This document shows positions 46,307-56,662 of a stretch of DNA of 64,000 nt, piece after piece (position 1 is the stretch's first letter; the number at the start of each line of letters is the position of its first letter). Made by a program: the position numbers and the translations under genes. Source of the DNA: Candidatus Bathyarchaeia archaeon (GTDB taxonomy: Archaea > Thermoproteota > Bathyarchaeia > Bathyarchaeales > Bathycorpusculaceae); contig JAVZNT010000003.1 of NCBI GenBank assembly GCA_038882655.1, forward strand, positions 1 through 64,000, in the 5' to 3' direction. The notes under the pieces were generated by a model. It was not told the origin of the DNA. It did no database searches and saw only the letters and a program-made list of their open reading frames with translations.

Positions 46307-47437
46307 TTAAGGCAGCGACTTTTTAAATAGTTGATATATTCCTCCCAAGAGGAATGCCAAGGCTCTTGCGATATCTATTATTGGATAAAGGATTATTCTT
46401 CGGTATTTTTTATCTCTTCTCTTGATGGTCTGATAGCCATAAAAAGCCATAAGCCCAAAAAGTGGAAGCACAAGCGTGACTAGGAGAATTATTTGAGATG
46501 TGAAATAACCAGTTAATAGAATGTGTATTACTAATGCCAAGACTGTTAAACTCCATGTGAGAAAGCTAAGTACGCAGACCAGAAGCCATTTTGAAAATAC
46601 GCTCTTAATTCCGAATTTTTTCAACATTAAACCTAAACCTCTTCCATAATTGAAATTTTGCTTCAAAAGCCCCCTTAACGTTGGTCTATGCTTATGCATC
46701 ACTAAAACCTCCGGGTCCAAAACCATCTTGTATCCTTCTCTACAGATTCTTTCCACAAGTTCAACTTCGTCAAAACCATACTTAATGTCTTCATCAAACA
46801 ATCCAACTTTGTTCAAGACATCACGCTTCAGTCCCATGTTGCAGCCGGCCGGATATTTTTGTGGAGGCTTAATGGAGTCTAATGTTTCTCTTCTTCTAAA
46901 AATTCTCATAACCGGGATGAAACTTTCATCAGAATATTTGGATAAAAAATTATCATAATACCTGAGAACATTTCCCCCAACGCATCCGACATGCAAATCT
47001 CGAAGGTTGTCGACCATTTTATTTAGCCAGTTCTTTGGTACAATACAATCAGCATCCGTGAAGGCAAGAATTTCTCCAGTACTATTTTTTATGCCGGTAT
47101 TTCTTGCTGCATTTAATCCCGGGCGTTCCTCTAATATGAGTTTAACTGGATACTGTAAAACTATTTCCCTAGTATTATCTGTGGAATTTCCATCTACCAC
47201 AATAATTTCCAGACAATTCTTTTCGTAGTTGATTTGCATGAGAGAATCCAAAAGCTCTCTTATATGTGCGGCTCCATTTTTAACAGGAACGATCAATGTA
47301 ACTTTTGGGTAATATTTACTCTCTTCACGCAATGGTTGCGCCTTCATTAAATTGGTTTCCTTCTGCAGAATTGTTTTTAAATTTACCGCGTGCTTGAACA
47401 ACTGTTCATTTTGAATTTTGCCAGAACTGTTAAACAT
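46307..47437 (-). CDS. Family-2 glycosyltransferase with C-terminal TM helices
   Basis: IVPVKN, VVDGNSTD, ARNTG, FTDAD, GLFDE; start uncertain. Confidence 0.88.
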   Translation of the reverse strand: MFNSSGKIQNEQLFKHAVNLKTILQKETNLMKAQPLREESKYYPKVTLIVPVKNGAAHIRELLDSLMQINYEKNCLEIIVVDGNSTDNTREIVLQYPVKLILEERPGLNAARNTGIKNSTGEILAFTDADCIVPKNWLNKMVDNLRDLHVGCVGGNVLRYYDNFLSKYSDESFIPVMRIFRRRETLDSIKPPQKYPAGCNMGLKRDVLNKVGLFDEDIKYGFDEVELVERICREGYKMVLDPEVLVMHKHRPTLRGLLKQNFNYGRGLGLMLKKFGIKSVFSKWLLVCVLSFLTWSLTVLALVIHILLTGYFTSQIILLVTLVLPLFGLMAFYGYQTIKRRDKKYRRIILYPIIDIARALAFLLGGIYQLFKKSLP

Positions 47438-47549
47438 ATGCTTTTGCTAACCTTTTAGCCCGCTAATAGTGCTATACGTTTTGTTAAAAGTCTACCTCAA
47501 AAGATAAAAGTTAGCATAAGCTGAAGTGCAGATTTTATCTAGACTCCAG

Positions 47550-48308
47550 TCATGGGTAATCTCTTGAATAGCTAGAGAGAAGTGCTTTTCTGGTTAATAT
47601 GTAATAGGAGCCAACAACAAGCCATACGAGAGAAAGTTTAAGGTAGCCATTTTTTTCAAATCTCCTCATTGAAACATAACCCTTCGCGTTGCGAACAAAC
47701 TTGATTTTTCCATAATCCCTTAGTTTCAGGGACATGTCCACATCCTCACAGCATGCGTTTTTCTCGGTGAAACCTTCAACTTTTTCGAAAGCAGCCCTTT
47801 TAATTGCTACGGCTGTTCCCAGTTTTCCGAAACAAGGAGTTTTAGCGTTTCTAAGGATTAGATTTGATAACTCTTCTTTGCTGTATGCCAACCAAGCTTT
47901 TAACGCTCTTTCTTTAGGTAACAGGTCCCCATATGTAGCAATAACTGTTCCATCGCGCAGGTATGGCAAGACGGTGCTAATCCAGTTTGGAGAGAGAGTT
48001 ATATCTGCATCCACAAAGAGAAATACGTCTCCTCGAGCCTCTCTTGCTCCAAGATTTCTTCCCACCGGGATTATGCAGTCTTGAACTATTATTCGGTCAG
48101 CATATTGCTTCGCAATATCAACAGTCTTATCTTTCGAATTTGAATCAACTACAATTATCTCCTTATTGGCATATGTTTGATTCTTTAAAGATCTTAAACA
48201 GTCTCCAACGTAATCTTCTTCGTTACGAGTTGTCACTATTATCGAGACAAGCTCTAACATTCTGTTTTCATTTTGCTTGCTCGGATAATTAAGAATTTTT
48301 ATGAGCAA
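47550..48308 (-). CDS. Family-2 glycosyltransferase
   Basis: SIIVTTRNEE, VVDSNSKD, GRNLGA, FVDAD, EDVD, S.RRF; start may be the later Met (MLELVS). Confidence 0.88.
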   Translation of the reverse strand: MLIKILNYPSKQNENRMLELVSIIVTTRNEEDYVGDCLRSLKNQTYANKEIIVVDSNSKDKTVDIAKQYADRIIVQDCIIPVGRNLGAREARGDVFLFVDADITLSPNWISTVLPYLRDGTVIATYGDLLPKERALKAWLAYSKEELSNLILRNAKTPCFGKLGTAVAIKRAAFEKVEGFTEKNACCEDVDMSLKLRDYGKIKFVRNAKGYVSMRRFEKNGYLKLSLVWLVVGSYYILTRKALLSSYSRDYP

Positions 48309-48397
48309 CTTAAAAACTTGTTTCTATTTTGGGCAAAATCTGTGGGAAAACCTAAATGCATGTTCGTCTTGATTATCGAGTTGTCAGGTTGGTTGTC

Positions 48398-48772
48398 ATG
48401 GCGGAAGAGGAAGACCCCGTTAAACTCCACAAGGATGGAAATACCCTTTACGAGCTTGGCAAATATGAAGAAGCTAAAGGAAAGTTTTTAAAAGCCTCTG
48501 AACTTTACAGGAAGGCAAATAACTTCTTTGATTCCGCCTATGCGCTTTTCAAGGCTGGTGAATGCGCTTTCATGCTGAAGGACTATGCTGGCGCGGTTGA
48601 ATATTTCCTGAAGTCTGCAGAGCTCTCATTTCAAAAGGGCTTTGACAGATTCGGCGTCAGCGCTTTGGAGTATGCCAGAGACTGTTATAAGGCTTTAGAC
48701 GAAAAAGAGAAAGTCTCGGAGACTGAGAAGAAGATAAAGGAAGTTAAGGCGAAGCTTGAAGAGTCCTTCTGA
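48398..48772 (+). CDS. Small TPR/helical-repeat protein
   Basis: GNTLYELGKYEEA...FLKA and AGECAF..KDY..A..YFLKSA repeats. Confidence 0.8.
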   Translation: MAEEEDPVKLHKDGNTLYELGKYEEAKGKFLKASELYRKANNFFDSAYALFKAGECAFMLKDYAGAVEYFLKSAELSFQKGFDRFGVSALEYARDCYKALDEKEKVSETEKKIKEVKAKLEESF

Positions 48773-48868
48773 GAGTCCGCATCCCCCTTTTTATCGCACT
48801 TCTCTTAAATAAACAATTTTAAATTCCATCAAACCATTTTTAACATGGCAGTATTAAAGTGTGTTATT

Positions 48869-50572
48869 ATGCCTACATCTTTTAAGGCACTGGCCGAGTT
48901 ATGCGAGAAACTGGAAGGTATGAGTAGGCGTGTTCCAGCAGTAAACCTTGTAGTGGATTTCCTAAAAAGCCTTGAGCCCAGCGAGGTTGAGCCTGCGGTT
49001 TCGATGATTTTGGGGAGACCTTTTCCAACGTGGAGCCAGCAAACTATTGATGTGAGTTGGGCTACTCTAAGCGAGATTATTAGGCGCATTACTGGGGTTA
49101 AATGGAGAGTTTTTCTAGAAGCCTTCAATCAGACTGGCGATGTGGGTTCGGCGGCAAAGGTTGTTTTTGAAAGTTGCAAGGTTAAGCGGCAAGCAGTGCT
49201 TTTTGAAAAGCCTTTAACAATTTTGGAGGTTAGACGGAGTTTTGAAGCTATTGCCGAAACCGTTGGGTATGGTTCTAAGGGGAAAAGGGAACGTTTAATT
49301 GAGACCATGCTAAGTTTGGCTTCCCCTCTTGAGGCAAAATATCTGGTTAAAATATTCATTGGTGAGATGCGAACGGGTTTTTATGAGGGATTGATGGAGC
49401 AAGCAGTTTCAAGGGCTTTCCAGATACCGCTTGAAGCCGTTAAAAGGGCGGGGATGATGCTTGGGGATATTGGCACTGTGGCGGCGCTATTTAAGACTGA
49501 GGGTGGGGAGGCGCTGTCAAAGATTGATTTTCAAGTTTTTAGACCCGTAAAGCTTATGCTGGCTCAGATGGCGAATGATGTGGCTGAGGCGATTAAAGAA
49601 CATGGTGGGCGAACAGCTTTTGAGCATAAGCTTGACGGCGCTCGTGTTCAAATTCACAAGCAAGGCAATAATGTGCGAATTTTCAGTCGCAGATTAACAG
49701 ACGTTACCAAAAGTTTGCCAGAAATAACCGACATCGTGAAAAGGGAGATTAAAGCCTATAACGCCATTATGGAAGGCGAAGTAATATCCGTAGATGATGA
49801 AGGGCACCCAGTTCCTTTCCAACATCTTATGCGGAGATTTAAAAGAGTTCATGAAATTGAAGACGTGGCCGAAACAATCCCTGTTAAGCTTTACCTTTTC
49901 GACATTTTATATCTAGATGGTGAAAGCCTAATATCTTTGCCCTACCTTCAGCGAAGAAAAATTTTGGCTGAAAATGCTGGTGGGATACCTCTAACAAAAC
50001 AGCTAATTACAAACAGCGTTGACGAGGCTGAAAAATTCCTTAAGGAGGCTATTGACTGTGGACATGAGGGACTAATGGCAAAGAGGTTAAACAGCGAATA
50101 CAAACCCGGAATTCGTGGAAAACACTGGTTGAAGATAAAGCCGATCCTTGAACCGTTAGACTTAGCCATTGTTGCCGCAGAGTACGGTTATGGGCGGAGA
50201 CGCGAATGGCTTTCAGATTATTATTTGGCTGCTCGCGACGCTGAAACTGGCGAATTTCTAATTGTTGGCAAAACCTTCAAGGGGTTAACAGACTCTGAAA
50301 TTATCGAGATGACCAAGCGCCTAAAAGAACTGACCATAAAAGAAGAGTACCGTAGGGTCTATGTCACTCCAAAAATTGTTGTAGAAGTAGCCTACAACGA
50401 AATTCAGAAGAGCCCAAAATACAAGTGTGGCATGGCACTGCGGTTTGCACGGATAGCCCGCATAAGAGAGGACAAAACACCAGAGGAAATCGACACCATC
50501 CAGAGGGTTAGGGAAATCTATCAGAAACAGTTTTTAAAAAAGGGTAATATAAGACTGCAGAACAGCATTTAA
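48869..50572 (+). CDS. lig: ATP-dependent DNA ligase
   Basis: EHKLDGAR (KxDG), FSRRL, EGEV, FDILY, EGLMAK, WLKIK, ALRFARI.RIREDK; start at 48845 or 48869. Confidence 0.96.
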   Translation: MPTSFKALAELCEKLEGMSRRVPAVNLVVDFLKSLEPSEVEPAVSMILGRPFPTWSQQTIDVSWATLSEIIRRITGVKWRVFLEAFNQTGDVGSAAKVVFESCKVKRQAVLFEKPLTILEVRRSFEAIAETVGYGSKGKRERLIETMLSLASPLEAKYLVKIFIGEMRTGFYEGLMEQAVSRAFQIPLEAVKRAGMMLGDIGTVAALFKTEGGEALSKIDFQVFRPVKLMLAQMANDVAEAIKEHGGRTAFEHKLDGARVQIHKQGNNVRIFSRRLTDVTKSLPEITDIVKREIKAYNAIMEGEVISVDDEGHPVPFQHLMRRFKRVHEIEDVAETIPVKLYLFDILYLDGESLISLPYLQRRKILAENAGGIPLTKQLITNSVDEAEKFLKEAIDCGHEGLMAKRLNSEYKPGIRGKHWLKIKPILEPLDLAIVAAEYGYGRRREWLSDYYLAARDAETGEFLIVGKTFKGLTDSEIIEMTKRLKELTIKEEYRRVYVTPKIVVEVAYNEIQKSPKYKCGMALRFARIARIREDKTPEEIDTIQRVREIYQKQFLKKGNIRLQNSI

Positions 50573-50604
50573 TATGCCTAATTGCCCTATAAGGAAGATT
50601 TAAA

Positions 50605-51651
50605 ATGGCGAAAACACGAAAGCCTCGCATTCCATATGAGGAATTCTATAGCCGGCAACTCGTTATGAAAGAGCTTGGACGCGATGGACAAGAGAAGCTT
50701 GCAAGGGCAAAGGTTGCTGTTGTGGGACTTGGTGGGCTTGGCACGGTTTCCTCGCTTTATTTGGCGCTTGCTGGTGTTGGCTACATACGCCTAATAGACC
50801 AAGACACTGTGGAACCACACAACCTCCACAGACAAGTTTTGTACACGTCAAAGGATTTGCGGTATCCAAAAGCCGAGGTTTCAGCTAAGAGGCTTATGGG
50901 GATAACCCCCTTCGTTAAAGTTGAGGCAATTCCGGAGAACTTAAATGTGGACAACGCTGAAAAACTTTTGAAAAGTGTTGACTGCGTTGTTGACGGCTTA
51001 GATAACATGCGAACACGTTATCTGGTTAATCGCACTTGTATAAAGCTTAAAATTCCATATGTTTTTGGAGCCGCCATAGGAATAGAAGGTAACCTCTCAG
51101 TTTTCGTCCCACCAGAAACCCCATGCCTAGAATGTATCCTGCCAAACCTTGAAGACAGCAACCTACTAACATGCGACGTTAGAGGAGTTTTAGGCGCAAC
51201 TCCAGGGATCATTGGAACAATGGAAGCCATGGAAACAATAAAACTCTTGACTGGAATAGGCACGCCATTAAAAGGTAAGCTTATGATATGCGACTTCAGC
51301 GACATGTACTTCACAACAATAGACATATACAAAAGGGAAAACTGTCCAGCGTGCCGTGGCGAAGTCACCGCCCAAAAACTAAGGGAAAAGCTTGTATGGC
51401 TATGCGGGAGAAACACTGTCAACATAAACCCAGAAAAACCAACAAGACTCAACCTTGAAAGCCTCTACACAAAAATAAGGCAAATCTTTAAAGTGCGCGT
51501 GAAATCTTCAATGGCAATAGTCTTCACATACAAAGACTATGAAGTAACACTGTTTAACGGCGGACGCATGCTAATAAAAAACATTAACAACGAAGAAAAA
51601 GCCCACAAGATCTACAGAGAAATAGCCCAAAAAATAGGATTAAACCAATAA
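50605..51651 (+). CDS. ThiF/MoeB/E1-like adenylyltransferase with C-terminal extension
   Basis: YSRQ, GLGGLG, D.D.VE..NLHRQ, DGLDN, PCLEC, TC...GV, CPAC, LCGRNTV.I. Confidence 0.92.
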   Translation: MAKTRKPRIPYEEFYSRQLVMKELGRDGQEKLARAKVAVVGLGGLGTVSSLYLALAGVGYIRLIDQDTVEPHNLHRQVLYTSKDLRYPKAEVSAKRLMGITPFVKVEAIPENLNVDNAEKLLKSVDCVVDGLDNMRTRYLVNRTCIKLKIPYVFGAAIGIEGNLSVFVPPETPCLECILPNLEDSNLLTCDVRGVLGATPGIIGTMEAMETIKLLTGIGTPLKGKLMICDFSDMYFTTIDIYKRENCPACRGEVTAQKLREKLVWLCGRNTVNINPEKPTRLNLESLYTKIRQIFKVRVKSSMAIVFTYKDYEVTLFNGGRMLIKNINNEEKAHKIYREIAQKIGLNQ

Positions 51652-51690
51652 AACCTTTATTTGCACGTTAACAAAACTCTATTTAAAAAT

Positions 51691-51763
51691 GCCGGGGTGG
51701 CCGAACGGTTCAGGCGGCTGCCTGCAGAGCAGCTATATGTGGGTTCAACTCCCACCCCCGGCT
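51691..51763 (+). tRNA. tRNA-Cys (anticodon GCA), CCA not encoded
   Basis: Acceptor GCCGGGG/CCCCGGC with U discriminator, anticodon arm GCTGC-CT-GCA-GA-GCAGC, T-arm GTGGG-TTCAACT-CCCAC. Confidence 0.95.
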
Positions 51764-52092
51764 CTGCACTGAAGCAACTCACTTAAGTTTCCTGAAGAAC
51801 TTTGCTCCATTATGGTCACAAACATATTCAAAACCAGCCTCTACGAGCTCCGTTATCTTCTCATTCGAAGTTGCGACTTTACAAATGTAATCATCTTTGT
51901 GTTTCCAAAGTTTAAAATTGTGTATATTAGTGTGTTCTTAATGTTTTTGCGGTACTCTAAAGTGGTGTTCCGATGTTTAAAAGCAGCATTGATGTCGTTA
52001 AAGGGAGGCGCATTAGGAAGTCTTCTTTAAAGTCTAATCGGTTAGGGAAAGCTTTTCTAAAAGCATGCGCACTGTTTATATGGTCTGTCAGC

Positions 52093-55000
52093 ATGCCTGA
52101 GGGCTTGAAGGTTGAGCGTTTTCTTCGTCAAGCGGAAAAAATGGAAGGAAAGTATGAGTGGCTGGAAGCTGCTGAGTCCTACAAGAAAGCGTTGAGTCTG
52201 TTGCCGCCACGCGAATTTCTTAAGGTAGGCGACGTGTACGAGCATATAAGCTATGCTTTTTATCGAGCAGCAATGCAATCTGGGAGTTTAAACGAATTTA
52301 GGAGCAGGATGAGCCAAGCTGTTGTTAATTGCGAGCGGGCAAGAGCTTCATATGCTAAGCTGAGCACTGCCAAAAGATTACCTCTGATGCTTCGTTGCGA
52401 TGCCATGGTCGCATTGGCACATTATTGGCTTGGGTCTTCAGTGTCGGAAAGAAAAAAGCATGCGGATGAATGTTGGCAATTGACAATAAAAGCTCTCGAA
52501 TTATTCAAGGAGTCTTCAAACGCTAGAGAATATGGCTTAACTTACAACAGGTTCACAACAAGCGTTCTTTTTGGGTTCTTTGCAGAATGGGATTATGAGA
52601 CCCGAAGAAAAAAAGCTACAGAAGCTATAGAAAGCGGAGAGCAGGCAGTTAAGTTTCTTTCCACACGTGGCAATTCTCGCGAGTTAACAACAGCCCTTGT
52701 TAAGGTTGCAAGTTTTCGGGAAATGTTTGGTTTCTATTTCCTTGATTTAGAGGCGAGGAAAGAAGAGTATCAGAGAGCTTTAGACTGTTGGCTTAGAGCT
52801 AACGAGCTTTCTGAAGAAACAGCTTACCATGAATTATTGAATTCTTTTGCCATGGTGATGCTTGAAAACCCTGAATGGGAGTGGGGAACAGAAAAAACGC
52901 TTGCGAATATTAAGAAAGCGTTGAACTACAGTAAAAAAGCGAGAGATAATCTAACAATCGGGCTTGCACTCGATTGGTTGGGTTTTCATGCTCTTTTCAA
53001 TGCAGAAACATGTGAAGATCCAAAACGTAGGGTTGAACTTACTAAGAAGGCCTTGCAATATGCCGAAGATGCTAAACGTAACTATTCGCGGGTTTGCTTC
53101 ATCAGTCCACTTTGGGGTCCTTTGTGGGTGGAATCTCCTCTTGCTGGCTTCTATTTCGACCTTGCTGCTTGTGCAACGAATCTTAACGAAAGACGCGATT
53201 TATTAGAAAAAGCCAGAGATGCATCAATGGAGTTGCTGAATTGTGCTTATGCGTCTACGTATCCAGAAGTCATAATGTATGCACATCATGTGTTCAGCGA
53301 TGTTTTATTCTCATTTGCTCATATGGAAACCAATCCTGACAAGAGGCAGCAGCTCCTAGAAGAAGCTATGACACATTCAGATGAGACTGTCAGGATAATC
53401 GAGCAGTTTATCCCCTATTACTATTGGAAACGTGGTAAGATGCAGAATTCCTTGGCAGACATCAAGTCTGAACTGTCTGATTTGTATAAAGATTTTGAAG
53501 TTAAAAAGAGTTTACTTGAGGAAGCTGTGATGGGGAAAGAAAGAACGGTGAAACTTGTTGCAAAGTATGTGAACTTCTGGGAAGGCATAGGGCCTATTCC
53601 ACCATTGGTCGCCAATTTGGCAGAATGGCAATTCCAATACGGAGTCTTGCTAAGTCGCCTCGGCGAGTTCACAAAAAACATTGAATATCTGAAAAAAGCT
53701 GCCAAAACCTTTGAAGAAGCTGCAGCGTCCTTCATGAAGCTTAACCTATTCAGTTACATAGCTCAGTGCTACTGGAAAAAAGGGCAAACCTCCGATGCGT
53801 TAGAAGATTACTTGACGGCTGCAGCAGATTTTGATACAGCTTCAAAGTATTTCAGAAGAGCCTCAAAGACAATTCCTCAACTGTCACAATTCTATCAAGA
53901 CTACGCTCGTTACATGCATGCATGGGCTGAGATTGAAAAAGCCAGACACAACCACAAAACACAGGATTATGAGTCAGCCCGGGAGCATTTCAAGAAAGCT
54001 TCCAAAATTCATAGGCTGTCGAAGCAATGGAGTTACCTTGCTCTAAACTATGAAGCTTGGGCAGAACTGGAAAGCGCTGAGGCTTTGAGCACAAGAGAGC
54101 AAAGTGAAAAAGCCCTCAAAACTTTCACAAATGCCATTGCAATGTTTAATGAGACGAAAAATTCTCTTCAAGCCCAGCTAAGCAGGATTAAAGATAGAGA
54201 TGAAATCCAAATGGTCGCAAGCATTATTAAAGCCGCATCGTTCAGAACAAAATACTGCAGAGGAAGAATGGCCATAGAAGAAGCAAAGATTCTCGACAGA
54301 AAAGGCGACCATTATTCTAGCTCGGAAAAATACAGTTCAGCCGCAGAAAATTTTGAAAAAATAATTCAAAATATGGAATCAGAACACTATCGGAACGAAC
54401 TTGAATTCATTTTAATTCTTTGCCGAGCTTGGCAAAAAATGACGAAAGCTGAAGCGGAAGTTTCCCCTTCGTTGTATATGGAGGCGTCAGAGTTGTTTGA
54501 ACAAGCGAAAGAGTTTAGCGTAGACGAAAGGTCCAAAATGCTGGCGTTGGGGCATAGTCACTTCTGCAAGGCGCTTGCATCAGGAACAAAATTCGTGGAC
54601 ACAAGAGACAAACGCCTCTACGCTGTCACTTTACAACACCTAGAAATCGCCTCCAACTACTATCTTAAGGCAGGTTTCAAAAACGCTGTAGAGTACGGAA
54701 AAGGCATTGAACTGCTTTTCGAGGCTTATATATACATTAACACCGCTAAGAAAGAGAGAGAACCTGAGAAAAAAGTCAAACTTTTCATGATGGCTAAGAA
54801 AATTCTGGAATCTTCTGCTGAATCATTTCTGAAGGCGAGGCACTTTGAAAAAAGAGAGCAAGTGCTCAAGTTGATCGAAAAAGTGGCGGAAGAACGGACA
54901 TTAGCTCTTTCTCTCACCGAGACATTGCATGCTCCAGCTATTATTACGGCTGCATCTACTTTTCCCACTCCAAGTCCAACCAACGAAAAAGCTGTAGGCT

Positions 55001-55716
55001 TAGAACAATTTGAACACGCCAACATACAAGCCTATTTGGTTGCACCCAGAGAAGTAGAGGTTGGAGAGACGTTTGAAGTTAGACTGGATATGACAAATGT
55101 CGGCAAAGAGCCCGGGTTGCTTGTTAGAATTGAGGACCTTGTTTCGTCTGTTCTGAAGATTTCTGGAACTATACCAAAATACAATTTTGATGAAAGCTCG
55201 ATAGATGTGAAGGGCAAGCAACTTGAACCTCAGAGAATCGAATCCATCCTTCTTCAAGTCACAGCATTAGGAAGCGGCATCACGCATCTGAGTCCAAAAA
55301 TAGTCTACATTGATAGCCGCGGCAACTTTAAGACGTGTCAAGCCAAACCGACCACATTAACAATTTATCCGATTGGCAAATTTCAGTTTAGAACAGTCAA
55401 CGCACAAAAAGTATTTGACTATTTAGCTAAAGCCTTCTCTGACGATTATATGAGAAAGCGGATGCCATTGGAAAAGTCAGGTTGGAGAACGCTCATGCAA
55501 ATTGTGAAAAATGCGCATGTATCAAAGTCAAGTATATACGGCACAGGAGTTCATCGTGGAGTAGGCATGACTGAACTGGAAAGACGAGGCGTCGTTGAAG
55601 TCAGAATCTTCCCAGAAGAAAGAGGAAGAGGCGGAAAAATCACTAAAGCACGCATAGCTTATGAGAGAGATGTGGTAAAGAGGTACATTGACCAGCAGGT
55701 TATGAAAATAAAGTAA
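52093..55716 (+). CDS. Giant TPR/helical-repeat protein (~1200 aa) with an Ig-like domain and a C-terminal winged-helix-like domain
   Basis: About 950 aa of Ala/Tyr-rich helical repeats; then beta-rich VEVGETFEVRLDMTNVG...P.IVY.D..G; then SGWRTLMQIVKNAHVSKSSIYG...ELERRGVVEVRIFP.ERGRGG. ATG at 52093 preferred over 51973. Confidence 0.8.
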   Translation: MPEGLKVERFLRQAEKMEGKYEWLEAAESYKKALSLLPPREFLKVGDVYEHISYAFYRAAMQSGSLNEFRSRMSQAVVNCERARASYAKLSTAKRLPLMLRCDAMVALAHYWLGSSVSERKKHADECWQLTIKALELFKESSNAREYGLTYNRFTTSVLFGFFAEWDYETRRKKATEAIESGEQAVKFLSTRGNSRELTTALVKVASFREMFGFYFLDLEARKEEYQRALDCWLRANELSEETAYHELLNSFAMVMLENPEWEWGTEKTLANIKKALNYSKKARDNLTIGLALDWLGFHALFNAETCEDPKRRVELTKKALQYAEDAKRNYSRVCFISPLWGPLWVESPLAGFYFDLAACATNLNERRDLLEKARDASMELLNCAYASTYPEVIMYAHHVFSDVLFSFAHMETNPDKRQQLLEEAMTHSDETVRIIEQFIPYYYWKRGKMQNSLADIKSELSDLYKDFEVKKSLLEEAVMGKERTVKLVAKYVNFWEGIGPIPPLVANLAEWQFQYGVLLSRLGEFTKNIEYLKKAAKTFEEAAASFMKLNLFSYIAQCYWKKGQTSDALEDYLTAAADFDTASKYFRRASKTIPQLSQFYQDYARYMHAWAEIEKARHNHKTQDYESAREHFKKASKIHRLSKQWSYLALNYEAWAELESAEALSTREQSEKALKTFTNAIAMFNETKNSLQAQLSRIKDRDEIQMVASIIKAASFRTKYCRGRMAIEEAKILDRKGDHYSSSEKYSSAAENFEKIIQNMESEHYRNELEFILILCRAWQKMTKAEAEVSPSLYMEASELFEQAKEFSVDERSKMLALGHSHFCKALASGTKFVDTRDKRLYAVTLQHLEIASNYYLKAGFKNAVEYGKGIELLFEAYIYINTAKKEREPEKKVKLFMMAKKILESSAESFLKARHFEKREQVLKLIEKVAEERTLALSLTETLHAPAIITAASTFPTPSPTNEKAVGLEQFEHANIQAYLVAPREVEVGETFEVRLDMTNVGKEPGLLVRIEDLVSSVLKISGTIPKYNFDESSIDVKGKQLEPQRIESILLQVTALGSGITHLSPKIVYIDSRGNFKTCQAKPTTLTIYPIGKFQFRTVNAQKVFDYLAKAFSDDYMRKRMPLEKSGWRTLMQIVKNAHVSKSSIYGTGVHRGVGMTELERRGVVEVRIFPEERGRGGKITKARIAYERDVVKRYIDQQVMKIK

Positions 55717-55938
55717 AAATAAAGGTGAACATTCCAGCGCTAAAATGCTGTAATCTCAAAGCCCCAAGTAAATTTGCAGTTTTCAGCTTTGAATCAAGAT
55801 CCTCCATTCAAATAGCCATGAAATGACCTGTTTATTATCAAAATAGGCGTTTTTTTACCTTGCATAACATGCAAAAATGCTCTACTATTTTTCCTTCTTT
55901 TAAATTAAATCAGAAACGGGAAAAGGAGGTGGGATGAT

Positions 55939-56451
55939 ATGAAAGGAAAAATATTACTAGTCATACCCGTTGCACTCTTAGCATTGTCAATTATTCCAGC
56001 GAAGGCGGCTCCTACTTGGTACAATAAAGCTGAAATGGAAATAACAGGCTTTACGTTTATGGGACCTGATCCAGGGGGAAGAGGTCTCCTATTTGATGTA
56101 ACTTTTGTTGGAGTTGCTGCTGGACCTAACATCAAAGAGGCAACTGTGGAGGGAGTAGATCATCTTCTCATGGACTGGGAAGGAATTGGCCATTTAGATG
56201 TGTACTTGACGGATACCGACAAACAAGGTGAAAAAATTTCAGCGCATATTACTGGACTCGCTGTGACCAAGACGCCTGGCCGCATTGTTTTTGAAAATGC
56301 ACAGGCAACTGTCATCAACACGGCTGGTTATCCTACTACTGGCAAGTATACTGACCTGATTGGCACCACTTTCAATGTTGAAGGCTTTATTACAGAACTC
56401 TCCATCAACCCTCCAAGTGGGTATATACACGCTAAGTGGTGCTGGACCTAA
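55939..56451 (+). CDS. Secreted beta-rich protein of unknown function
   Basis: Signal peptide MKGKILLVIPVALLALSIIPAKA/A; GGAGGTG Shine-Dalgarno; alternating beta-strand pattern. Confidence 0.8.
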   Translation: MKGKILLVIPVALLALSIIPAKAAPTWYNKAEMEITGFTFMGPDPGGRGLLFDVTFVGVAAGPNIKEATVEGVDHLLMDWEGIGHLDVYLTDTDKQGEKISAHITGLAVTKTPGRIVFENAQATVINTAGYPTTGKYTDLIGTTFNVEGFITELSINPPSGYIHAKWCWT

Positions 56452-56455
56452 ATGA

Positions 56456-56486
56456 AAAGCCATTCAAATTGGCTTTCCTCCTTTTT
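56456..56486 (+). terminator. Probable terminator after the secreted-protein gene
   Basis: Hairpin AAAGCCA-N7-TGGCTTT followed by CCTCCTTTTT. Confidence 0.5.
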
Positions 56487-56662
56487 AAACGACGCTGAAT
56501 ACAGAGAGGTGAATTGTTCAAAAAGAACGAAGTATATGTCGAAATTCCGTTCTACTTTCTATAAATCCAGCATAATCCACATTCAAACAGGATGTCTAAT
56601 CCTGAAATTTCACTCTTAAAAAGAAAAATGGAAGTTTGCGGGAGATGTCTCCACGCGTTGAT

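Noticed and set aside
51812-52092. ORF 51812..52030 and the N-terminal 40 codons of the 51973 ORF
   Set aside because: Composition looks non-coding; probably promoter or decayed islet-edge sequence, with the real start at about 52093.
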